This document shows positions 26,601-39,876 of a stretch of 64,000 bases of DNA, piece after piece (position 1 is the first letter of the stretch; each line of letters starts with the position of its first letter). Source of the DNA: Octopus sinensis (lineage: Eukaryota); assembly GCF_006345805.1 (NCBI RefSeq), contig NC_043006.1, positions 29,140,001 to 29,204,000 on the forward strand, written 5' to 3'. The notes under the pieces were generated by a model. That model was not told where the DNA came from, did no database searches, and saw only the letters and a list, made by a program, of their open reading frames with translations. The translations under genes and the position numbers were made by a program.

Positions 26601-29600
26601 GTGTGATCCTCTTATCAAAAGTCTAGTTTTCTCTCTTGTGTTTCTGTTTTGCAGTCTTCAAAAATGGAAAAATGGTTGAAGAAATGATAAAGTTCCTATT
26701 TAAGTTGTACTTTGTTTGACCCACACTTAAGTCATAATATTCCATTGTTTGTAGCATAAGTTACATTTATTCATGAACATCAGAAGAATTTTAGTCAAAA
26801 TTCTTTAACAAAATAGGTTTCTGATAAGGTAGACATATATCCTGTGTGAAAAGTCTGACTGCATACACGTTAGCATATGTCAGGTGCATACAATTGACAA
26901 CACAGTTAATTAATATTTATTCAGTGAGGCAACCGCCTCAAAGCCCGGATTTAAACCCATTAGATGAAGGCATTTTCAAAGTTTTGGCCAATAAAGTTGA
27001 ACTGAAAAGCCCTACAACGAGGCATGAATTGCACGAAGCCATCTTGCAGTCTTGGGAAGAACTATCTGAGCGGAAAATTCGTGGATGTATTCAACATCAA
27101 ACTCGTGTTCGGCGTCAAATAGTTGACTGTCGTGGTGGTAACAGATTCATGTAATAAATTTTGTTTACTTTTGTTTCATAATATATATTTTTTCGGATGC
27201 AGCCAGACTTTTCACACTTTCTACTTTTTCTTTTTTTTATCCATTCATCCTAAAACAGCCATAATGACAAATGAGCTTTCCACCTTTCTTTTTTTATCCA
27301 TTCCTCCTAAAACACAGCCATAATGACAAGCATTATTCTGGCACACTTTCCACCTCATAGAAAAAAGTTTCACCTCTTACTTTCAACTTTTGTTGGAGTG
27401 AAATACAGTGAATTTAATTGGTACCATACTATAATATGGTATTTATTTTATCAGTACTGAAATGTTGAAAAGCATCTCTGATGTTTTGACTTCAAATCCT
27501 ACCAGAGCGGAACTAAATATTACAAAGCCAGAATCTTTTATTTTTTTGAGCTTATTCCCTATTTGAAAGGATAGGCAATAAAATTGTTCTATTTTCTTTT
27601 ATACCATTCAGCAATTGATTCTTATTCATTAAGTATTTCATGTTTTTAAATATACTGATAGAACAGATGATAATTTTAAAGACATATCACTCACCAGACC
27701 ATCTATGCAGTGAGATATCTTATGGATATCTGTATTTTTCCTTGAATGACTTTATCTTTGAAATTAGATGTCTTTTCACTATATGATCCAATTAGTGTAG
27801 TTGCATGACTAAAAAGTATCTATATACTGGTGATCTGATCTTTCTGCTGGTGTTCCTTCAGTATCTTAATTTTATGTCATTAAAAACTCATTCTGATGAT
27901 AGACATAATTTTATGTCTGAAATCTGTTCATGTTAATCTTTTAATTTAGTTGAGATTTAATGAAGAAGGCCCTATATCTAAAACTGTAAATTCTGTAATA
28001 CTACTACTCAGATAAACATAGTTTTGGTTTGCTCTATAAAGGACAATTAGTCTTTAAAACCCTAACAGTAATTAAAGTTCTACAAAGGAAGTCGTTACAA
28101 TACAGGCCTTTACAACATTTTAGCAGAATGGGGAAAAATTGATGATTTAAATTGTTTTTTTTTCCCAGGAAAGAAAACGTGAAGATGAGGAGAGGAAAGC
28201 AAAGGAGTTAATTATCTCTTCACCTAACCCTGAGTAAGTACTATAACAGTTAATGAATTATTTCTGTACACTTTGTTTGTTTCTATGTAATTCATCCATC
28301 CTTTTCAGTCTAAATCTTTGAGATATTCCAACAGCCCTTTAGACAGTTGTCCATTTTACAAAAATTGTAATGTTGTTAAATACGTACTTTCTTCTCTTTC
28401 TATCTTTCTTCAAACAATTAACTTTTCAAGCTAATTATTTCTTTCTGGTCCTAATCACAATGGAATATTTTAACATCAAGAATCTTTGCTTATTTTTGTG
28501 CATATTTACACATTTATGACATTAACGTACCAATTTTATTTGCATATATGCTTGCACATTTGCCTTTTTGGCAGTCAATGTCCACATACATCTCGCAGTA
28601 AAATCGCAACACCCTTCCGCAAAGGATTTTCCGGGGGGCGGGGTTCAGTGTCCCCTTGTGTACAGGGGTTAGAAAGAGTTGAACAGACGAAGAGCAAGGT
28701 TAGTGTCATGGATGTGAGAGGGGAGGAAAGCCACTAGTTTGGGGCAGTTGCAGGCAGAGATGATGGGGTGGCTAGGGTTGTTAGGTTTGCGAATTTGTGG
28801 GGAGGAAGTAAATTGTGGGGGTGCGGACAATGAGGAAGGGGTGGTGGGGGAGATGGGAAGAGGAGATGAGGTCATGGACAGTAGAGGACACCATCTGTTG
28901 GTACTAGGCATGGGGTTGGAGGGAAGAGGGCAGTAGTAGGAGGTGTCTTGAAGTTGATAGAGAGCTTTGGCCTTGTAGAGGTCTATATATATATATATAT
29001 ATATTCTCTACTTTACTATAAATTCAATTCCTTAAAAGTTAGATCTTATTTGATGGCCTTTGTACGCCCCCCCCCACGCCTACTTTCAACAGATATCCAC
29101 TGAATACCCCTAAATTTTCTGTTTATCTCTGTCTCCCTCTCTCAATCATTTACCATTAGCAAGAGATTCCTATACCCGGGGGGGGGGGCTATCCATGATT
29201 GGCTTCTATGTTTTTATATTTTATTTTTCCTTCACCCTTTATTTATTTATCATTTCTTTTTTCACTTTATCCTTAATTGTTTTAGGACTTCTCCTTACTC
29301 CCCACTGCTCTAAGCCCACTATAATATATTATCTCCTACACCCACTCCACTATATAGTCTAGCAGACTTCTTAATGGGATCGCTGACCTTAGATATCATA
29401 TTACACGCTTTCAAGAACTACATTCTTAACCTAAAAGGCCAACATTTCATAGTTGGCCTCGACAGACTCTAGCCACATCCTGGCTGTATTCTTGGGATAT
29501 TCTTTTGTTTTATAAAGTTACTTCTCATTTGATGATTAGGGTATTTTGTAATGGAGTAATGTTCTCATTCTTCTATTAAAGCTGTAAGAAACAGCTGTAA

Positions 29601-30147
29601 TGAACTGGCAATTATCCATTGTATGTTATTATTCATTTGAGTAGATATTTATATATGTGTATAAATTGAGGATGTAATCATTAAAATGATTTAATCAGTG
29701 GCCAGCGTATTGTAACCACCATATCAGTAAAATTAATATTTAAGTATATAATTATAAATATATAATAATAATAATTAAGGGCGCTGGAGGGACAGTGCCA
29801 ATATGCTAGAAACAAATGTCAAATGTTTACAAACCACTCTAAATATGTTCTCCTTTTGGAACAAGGCATTGTCCCTCCAGTGCCTTTAATTATAATTATA
29901 TATTTATAATTACCATCATCGTCATCGTTTAACATCTGCTTTCCATGCTGGCATGGGTTGGACAGTTTGACTGAGGACTGGCAAGCTGGGAGGCTGCACT
30001 AGGCTCCAATCTGATTTGGCGAGGTATCTATAGCTGGATGCCCTTCCTAATGCCAACCATCCCAAGTGGAAACTTTTTATGTGCCACTGGCATGGGCTAT
30101 TATATACTTAAATATATATATATATATTTATTCATTTACTTGAAAAA

Positions 30148-30208
<61 letters not shown>

Positions 30209-30459
30209 TGTAGGAGTGGCTGTGTGGTAAGTAGCTTGCTTACCAACCACATGATTCTGGGTTCAGTCCTACTACGTGACACCTTGGGCAAGTATCTTCT
30301 ACTGTAGCCTCAGGTCAACCAAAGCCTTGTCAGTGGATTTATTATCATCATCATCAATTAACGTCTGTTTTCCATGCTGGCATGGAGCCAGTCAGGGTAC
30401 TGGCATCAGTCACAATCGGTTAGTGCTTTTTATGGGAGCCAGTCCAAAAGAAGCCCGTC

Positions 30460-30511
<52 letters not shown>

Positions 30512-31635
30512 TATATATATATATATATATAGGTGTAGGAGTGGCTGTGTGGTAAGTAGCTTGCTTACCAACCACATGATTCTGGGTTCAGTCCTACTAC
30601 GTGACACCTTGGGCAAGTATCTTCTACTGTAGCCTCAGGTCAACCAAAGCCTTGTCAGTGGATTTATTATCATCATCATCAATTAACGTCTGTTTTCCAT
30701 GCTGGCATGGAGCCAGTCAGGGTACTGGCATCAGTCACAATCGGTTAGTGCTTTTTATGGGAGCCAGTCCAAAAGAAGCCCGTCGTATATGTGTGTGTGT
30801 GTGTGTGTGTGTTTGTCCCCCCTCCCACCATTGCTTGAAAACCGATGTTGGTGTGTCTACGTCCCCGTAACTTAGCATTTCAGCAAAAGAGAACAATAGA
30901 ATAAGTACTAGGCTTACAAAGAATAAGTCCTGGGGTCGATTTGTTCGACTAAAGGCAGTACCCCAGCATGGCCGCATTCAAATAACTGAAACAAAAGAAT
31001 AAAATGAATATATTTTCATATATTTATATTTAATTTTAAAAAATATGTGTGTGTTTGTGTATGTATGTGTGTGTTTGTGTGTCCAAGCGTTTGTACATAC
31101 ATGGAAGTATATGTGAACCAACATGTATCTGCAAGTATAGGCGGAATCTTGAAGCTCAGCTCAGGAGAATTGCATGTGTAACCAATCCTGAAGAACAAAT
31201 CAACAGTACAAAGAAATCAAATGCCAATCCCTTTAAAATGGCCACCACTTTAACAGTAGCAGAATCACCATCCCACTACATCTTCACATTCAAAGCGGTT
31301 TGCCAACGGCCCTTCAGCAACAACACACCCTGATAATCTCAGTGACTAGTGCTAAACTCAGATCACAACAGACAGAGGGGATGTTCTTGAAGCCGGGGAT
31401 TTTGAACTTCTATGTTGCATGGAAACAATTGCAGTGATTAAAGAATAACTGTCCAACCGTACTCCTTCTTGTTGGCTCCAATTTTTTCAGTTGTTTCTTC
31501 ACACACGACAGATGCCCCGATGCAAACCTGAAAGTATGTATAATACTACTACTACTACTGGATAGCACAGGGTAAATCTGAAGGTAGAGGAACTTAATAC
31601 TGGACTCTTCTACGTTCTTAACAGAATATAACATA

Positions 31636-31679
<44 letters not shown>

Positions 31680-32080
31680 CGCAGGAGTGGGTTGGTGGTA
31701 AGTAGCTTGTTTGCCAACCACATGGTTCCGGGTTCAGTCCCACTGCGTGGCACCTTGGGTAAGTGTCTTCTACTATAGCCTCGGGCCGACCAAAGCCTTG
31801 TGAGTGGATTTGGTAGACGGAAACTGAAAGAAACCCCATCGTATATATGTATATATATGTATGTGCATGTATGTTTGTGTGTCTGTGTTTGTCCCCCTAG
31901 CATTGCTTGACAACCGATGCTGGTGTGTTTATGTCCCCGTCACTTAGCGGTTCGGCAAAAGAGACCGATAGAATAAGTACTGGGCTTACAAAGAATAAGT
32001 CCCGGGGTCGAGTTGCTTGATTAAAGGCAGTGCACCAGCATGGCCGCAGTCAAAATGACTGAAACAAGTAAAAAGAGAAA

Positions 32081-32125
<45 letters not shown>

Positions 32126-35100
32126 CTCATAGACAGGTATTTCTTCTAATTTATTGTAATGCTCTCAACATTTTGAGTTGGATATAATTTGATTATCAAA
32201 AATATATTTTTACTAAATTTATACCTTTTACTTATTCTAAAAATGAGGAATCTAGAAGCAGGAAATAATTAAAAGAAAGTTAATTCCATGATGTGTGTTG
32301 TTTTATGTGCTTTCTTTTTTTTTTACACTTTTTTTCTGTTGGTAAATGACAAAGGGTAACTAAAGATGGTAAATATTCTAACATTTGAAACGCCATAAAA
32401 ACCCTACGACATGATGAAATTAATTCCTTTCTTACTAAAACTTTGGCTAATATTCAGTAATACATATTAATTTCTTATAACATAAAAGAATTAACAATAA
32501 TAGTAGTAATAATAATAATGATGATTTCTTTTATTATTAATGATAATAATAATAATAATAATAATAATAACACCAACAAGAAAAATGGCAACGATAACAA
32601 TCACATTAGCTTTGATATAACATACTAATCCATTGTTTTTCTTTCAGCTTTTGTAGCTGTTGAGTTGGTATGTTCCTTACTTTGTTGCATGCTGCATATG
32701 GGTGCAGTTGGTGATGGCTCCTTTCTTTTTTTGTGAGTGTGAAGGTAACCTTTGGTTGCTTGCTGGCTACACAGTGTGTAAAGGTTTTCAGTGGTTCCTC
32801 ATTCATTGTGGTTCCCAAAATCTAGCTACTGCAATAAATGTTTACAATATACTTTTAAAGCTTAACTAGTTCAAGCATTTCTTCCTATTCTGAAGAAATC
32901 GATTAATTCTAAGTGAATGCTGGAGTAAATTTATTACAAAATTTGGGCGTTATTTCTCTTTTCTTTCTTTCATTTCTTGTTACACAAAAATTTTATAAAA
33001 ATATTTTTCACAACTTAGTTTTCAATAGCAATCACAGAAAGGCAACATCATATATTCTAACCTTCCAACAAGTTTAGTCTATCAGAATCTAAGACACTTT
33101 TCTGAATTGCTGAACCCAGATACTTTACACATTTTTTTTTTATTACTACCAAACTGGTTAATGAACATTTACTGGTTTCAGAATATTGTCAACAGGCATG
33201 GTCTGTGAGTCATTGCTTACCTAGCATTTAATAAACTCCTTAAAGTTTTCAATGTTGCCATCTATATGGAAGTTTAGCAACAAGTAGGAATTTATTGTTG
33301 TTGATAGTAATTTTCTAACTTATCAATGCTCCCATTTCAAGCTACTTCTATATTGATAGGAATAAACTTAATGAGGTTCTTTTTTATAAAAAAGAAAATG
33401 CTTATTTATTACTAAACTCAGTTTGCTATAACAGGGATATGCCATAGAAGGTACACACTGTTATGCCTTAAAAGCCTCTCATTAATTATTACATTAGTTA
33501 AGTGAAACTAAATCACTCCAACTTGAAATCAAAATATGCATCCAGCTCACCAAAATTTAACCTACCATGTGATGTTCATTAAAGATAAAATGATGTATTT
33601 ATTAAACTAGTGAGGGATTCACTTGACCTGCTAGAAATTGTGTCCTACCATCTTAAAAAAGGAGGATACATTGGATAATGTAATATCAAGTATATGTCAT
33701 GAGAAAAAGCACTTTGGTTACAACTGAAAGGCCTTTAATAATAGGTGTACTTGATCAGAGCTGATCTGGAACTAAATAACATAGTGATTCAGTGAAATGG
33801 AACCTTTAATGTAATCTATTAAATTTTCCAATATAGCAATCAACTTGTCAACAAACTCCCTAATACCTTTAAATTAGAGATCGCATCTTTACAATCCTAA
33901 ATTTGAGGACAGCATACTTTGCAATGATGATGAGGAAAGTGTGTCTTAAATACCAATTATTTCTAAAAACCTATTTTGTTGAAAACCAGTTTCTTGCTTG
34001 AAAAACACATCCCTCCCACTCCTTTTTTGCGAGGCTTTTCATATTGACATTCTGGAATCTTTGGGTTTCACTATCTCCACAACATGCTACATGATCTTTT
34101 CTCCAAATATACAGTGTGCCTTGAAGGAAACCCGATTTTGATTTTTCAAATTAACTATTCTGAAGTGCATAAATTCTTTGTATTTCCATTAAAAAGAAAT
34201 TCCCTAGTGACTCGAATAAAAATAACTTTAATATTTTTTCATATAAATCTTGATATTTAAATAATGATACAGATTTCTTTTTTTTTTTTTTTTTTTTGCT
34301 TGTTTTATTAAGTTAAATTTTGAAGCTATTTCTTTCTGATTTGACTTATCAAATAAAAGTTCAGAAGCTTTCATTTAATACAGCTTTGAAATAACAGTGT
34401 GGATAGAAAATTATATTGGGTGTTTGTGCGGTTGAAGCATTTTTCCCTTTTAGTATATTACTTATTTGTCTGATATCAAAGTAATAATGGTGAGGTGTAG
34501 AATATTAACTGGATGTATGGTCATTTGCTTCAGAAGAAATTTTGTTTCAACCATTTTTTTAAATGCGAAAGACAAGTTATTTTATCTTTTTTTTTCTCCC
34601 CCCCTCCAGAACGAGTTCCTTCGAACCTGATTCATTGCAAGCATCTGAGGGTCACAAAATGGTACAGAATTTACTGCGTCGTTCAATGAGAGAGAAATCC
34701 AATAAACCCATGACGACTCTGCAGCGCTCTGGAAGCTTTACTCAACAACCTTCTACCCAGAGCGAGGAACACACTCATATCGAAACCCCACCAATGTCTT
34801 CACTTCTTAATAAAAAGGACAAAACTGAGGACTCGAATAGAATTAGGAGAACCGCTAACCTAAGTTTTCGACGTAAAACTCACAGCTTTAAAGAAAAATA
34901 TCACCTTCCAGATAACCTACATTTTCCAGAAATTGAAGGCTTTCTTGAAAGAAAGCATGAACTACAGGCTGGAGGCAAAAAAGCAGCTCTTCGCTCTTGG
35001 AAAACATTTTATACTGCATTATGTGGAAAAGTTTTGTGTTTTTTTAAAGATAAAGATGGTATGGAAGATATCTGAATTTTTATTTCAAATTCAAAGTCAT

Positions 35101-36092
35101 GCAATATTTTATTTGAAACCCCATTTTTAGTTATATCTTTCTTTGCAAAAGATTCATTAAATTATTTTCTTGGTAAATTCTAAGAATTTTTATATCAAAC
35201 ATAAATTTCAATAATTTTTAGATTAGAAGTTTTAAACTTTTGAGTTTGATTGCAAGTTTTGTTATTGATAATGAAAATTCAAATTTTGGTATTTTCAGAC
35301 TGAGGTATAAAAGTTTTTTTCTCTTTCACCTCCACAGCATTAGAAGATAAAATACCTGCTGCACATAGCCTGAATATCAACAAAGCAATTTGTGAAGAAG
35401 CAACAGATTATACAAAGCGAGAAAATGTTCTGCGATTACGACTCAAAGATGGTGCTGAATTTTTGCTAGATGCTGGCAGTCAAAAAGAAATGTCAAACTG
35501 GCAGGAGAAGCTTTGTTATTGGGCCAGTAAGTATTTGTTTTATGCCATGAAGTTCTTTTGAGAGAAAGGAATATTAATTTTGCATTTGTTAACATATTTA
35601 AGAAATTTATAGATGCTTTTTCCCTCTCTTTCCATTCTTTATGTAGTTACTGTAAAACCAAATGTAAGACTTGGCAACTTTTTTTTTTCTTTCATTCTTC
35701 AAAATGCTCTTGATTAATTTAAATACAGATGATACCTCAGAAATCTTATACAATGGCAGGCAATGTATGTAGAATTTATAGAACTTATCTAATTTAAGAA
35801 TAACTCTACTATGTCTCAAATCCTAATAAAATATAAAAGAAATACTGTAGTATATTGATGGTTTGGGGTATGACTTTAATAAAATAGTTTACAAAGGCTA
35901 CACTGATTTATTTTATTTCTATGTACCTTTCATTGAAAATTCATGGAGGAAATTGTAAAGAAAAATCAGGTCTCTTAGAGGCATTAGTAGTTTATAAAAC
36001 TGGAATGTACCCCTGGATTTATTTTTATTAAATGTAGATAGTGAAAGGATTCATAGAATCAGAGCAAATGAGATGATTATCCTCAAGGATAT

Positions 36093-36128
<36 letters not shown>

Positions 36129-39100
36129 ATTGCAGCTAATATTTCCAGAAGATGTAATACCTATTACTATCAACTAGATGAACTAAGACATGTCTAATTT
36201 ATTAACCTCTTCAGAAATAGTATGAAACTAGCTGACGCACCCAGTAATTCTTGGGAAAGCTGGGCTTATCCCTTGGTTCCATTCTCATAATTGTTTCGCT
36301 AATCCAATAACAACAATACAAAGTATGTAATGCTTAAAACAGTTTTTGTGCATTTACAGAGAATACTGAATGGTCTTAAACAGAATCTTGTTTTTAGGAA
36401 TTCCCAATAAGTTATGAATATCCAAATTGTGAAGTCAGTTATGTAATAACATGAAATTAGTTACCCGATAGTAAGAATTCAAATAAAGTAGCCCTGGAAA
36501 GGGTTTTAATGTGTTCCCAGAGTATATAGAACATAGGAAATACTAGTAAGGTATGTATACTAAAATCATGAAGCATGCTACGTAATAACAGGCTAATCAG
36601 ATATGAGATAATAATTCAAAGTAAATAACTTTGAAAAGGGCTGAGACCTCTGGAGACATACTGTGACTGTGAAGACCTGGCAAATAAAGTGAGTTCACAT
36701 CTGTAACCTACACCAGTTTCGCATAACCAGCCCCAGCCCACTCAAAAGTACCTTGGATCGTAGGGCTACCAACTGTGCTTGAGGACACCTATTGAGTCAA
36801 GCACATCAACATGAAAATGAAAATCAAATGGAAATTGTAGTTGTGATACCCGTGCCAGTGGCACATAAAAAGCACTGTCCGAACGTGGCTGTTGCCAGCC
36901 TCCTCTGGCCCCTGTGCCAGTGGCACATAAAAAACACCCACTACACTCATGGAATGGTTGGCGTTAGGAAGGGCATCCAGCTGTAGAAACACTGCCAGAT
37001 CAGACTGGAGCATGGTGCAGCCTCCTGGCTTCCCAGACCCCGGTCGAACCGTCCAACCCATGCTAGCATGGGAAACGGACATTAAATGATGATGATGATT
37101 AATAAGGTGGTTAGCTGGCAGAATCATTAGCAGCATTTCTTCTAGTTTTTACACCTGAGTTCAAATTCTGCCAAAGTTGTTTTTATTGATCTCAAAAGGA
37201 TCAAAGGTAAAGTATCAGTTAAACACTGGAGTCAATGTAATTGAATATCTTGCCCCAAAATTTCAGGCTTTCTGTGCCTATAATAGAAGTAATTATTATT
37301 TCTATTCTGTTGCTCTCCATTTCTATACCTTTTCTGTCATCTACTCTCCTCTACCTCTTGTATTATTTGTCACCCTTCAGCCCACCTCAATCCTACCCAA
37401 TTTCCACAGTTTTCACCTACTTTTCTCTATCTCACCTACTTATTGCCCCACAATACTTGTTCATCATTATATTCACCTCTGACCCATTCTCTCTCATTTT
37501 CCCATACACTTTTGTAACCTCTACCCATACTCACTTTCTGGTCTCTTATTGCCACTCACTTCTCACCTCATATCCACCCTGACACCTCACCATTATTTTT
37601 TATCTCGCTCCAGTTCTACTCCAACCACTCCTACCCTCTGGTCTGTAATGTAACAAAGTGTTACATTATCGACCTCTACAGCAATTCTGGCCCCTTCTCT
37701 CTTATTTTAACCCCTCATCCCATCCCATGCCATAAAGCTGTCTCCATTGCTACTTACAACACCACTCAGTTGAAAGGAATCTTAGTTTTGCAGTCTGCAT
37801 AATGACCTCACTAGTGCTGGTACCACTAAAAGAACACTCAGTGCACACTGAAAAGTGTTGGTTTTAGGAAAGGAGGGAGGGGGTATCCAGCAGCAGAAGC
37901 CATACCAAACCAAACAATAGAGTGCAATAAAGTCTTCGGACCACTTGAATCGTGTCAGACCATCCAATCCATGCCAGTAAGGAACATGGGCATTAAACAA
38001 TGATGGTGATGACAAAGCTTATATATATATTTAAAATACACATTCAGTAGTTTTTCATTTAATTTCAATTCAGATGATGTTTATATTTGAATTCCCAAAA
38101 ACAGGTTGATTTCAACTGACAGTATTTTTTTTTCTTTTGTAAATATGCATTAGATTTAGATTCTTACCTGAAAATCATGATCATAATATTTAACAAACCC
38201 TTTAAAAGCCAAAAGAAAAAAAAAGTTTCTATTTGACAAGGAACTGAAAATTTTCTACCCATTCACCAATAGAACATTTCAGTGAAGCCGCTACAGACCC
38301 GTTGTCCAGCCTTATTTACAGAGGACCATTGTTAATATCTTGTTTCTCCTTAAATTACTGTTGTTTGCAGCTGAGAGCAGTGAAGATGTGAACATGGATT
38401 TAGATCTTGACATGGACATTGATGATTGCTGGGATTCTTCCCAGCAGTCTGCAAATTCATCACCAACACATCAAACAAGAGGAGGTGAAATCTTTGTCAA
38501 ATACTGGGGCTTTTTTAAAAGGCTTTTATTTTTTTAATGAAATTTTTGTTTTACTTTCTGGCTTGGATTTTTCTGCAGATTTTCTCACTCTAAATAACAT
38601 ATGCACCAACTGTCTACTTTCTTTTTTGATTTTGTTGTAAAAGTTTTGAGAATTTGCTTGTGATTTAATATTAACTTGAAATACTTTTACCCTCTTACAT
38701 CCATCTTATTGCTTAGTATTCTGCTGTTTATTCCAAAGCCTTTTTGCTGTTTATTTCCCTAAGTTCTCTCTCTCTCCCTTTTATTGATGGATGACCATTT
38801 CTCTAGAATTGATTTTAAATAAGCTCTCAGATAGATTGTTGGTAAATAGAATCTAATGTTGTTTGTACTGAGATCATTCGTTATGTACATGAAGTGAATC
38901 ATCTGTGACCAGTAACCAAAATTGAGTCATAGGTTTGCTTGTGTCATTGTATGTTGGAAGATAATGTTAGTTATTACAAGTTAAAAACTTAGAGCAAGCT
39001 TTCAAATTGTCATCTGAGTACATATTTAATTTCACATTTCGTTGATTTCATTTAAGGAAAATGTTATTTTGAAAAAATTGTCTGACTTAGGTGCAGGCAT

Positions 39101-39793
39101 GACTGTGTTAAGAAGCTTGCTTCTCAACCACATGGTTCAGGGCTCAGTCCCACTGCATGGTACTTTAGGCAAGTGCCTTTTACTATATCCTCGGGCCAAC
39201 CAAACCTTGTGAGTGAATCTGGTAGATGGAAACTGAAAGAAGCCCATTGTATTTCTATGTTTATGTGTGTCTTTGTGTCCATGTTTCTACCTCATCACCA
39301 CTTGACAACTGGTGCATTTACATTCCCATAACTTAGTGGTTTGGCCAAAGAGACCAATGGAATAAATACTAGGCTTAAAAAATATGTCCTGGGGACTTAT
39401 TTGTTTGACTAAAACCCTTCAAGATGGTGCCCCAGCATGACTGAAACAAGTAAAAGATGAAGGATAACGATCTGTATTTTGAATTCCTAAAGTTATATGT
39501 GTACTGTTCTTATCAATTAACTAAAATTTTGTAATTTAGAAGGACAATAAGCTATTTCTCCAAGTTACTGCTGTTTCATTCTCTTACTTGTTTCAGTCAT
39601 TTGACTGTGGCCATGCTGGGGCACCACCTTTAGTCGAGCAAATCAACCCCATAGCTTATTCTTTGTAAGCCTAGTACTTATTTTATCAATCTCTTTTGCC
39701 GAACCTCCAAGTTACGGGGATGTAAACACATCAGTATTGGTTGTCAAGCGATGTTGGGGAGACAACACAGACACACGTGCACACACACATACA

Positions 39794-39876
<83 letters not shown>

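Noticed and set aside
33182-33204. Possible 23-nt cryptic exon (tttcag...gtgagt)
   Set aside because: It enters in phase 2 but exits in phase 1, has no supporting branch or polyA context, and such pairs are expected by chance.
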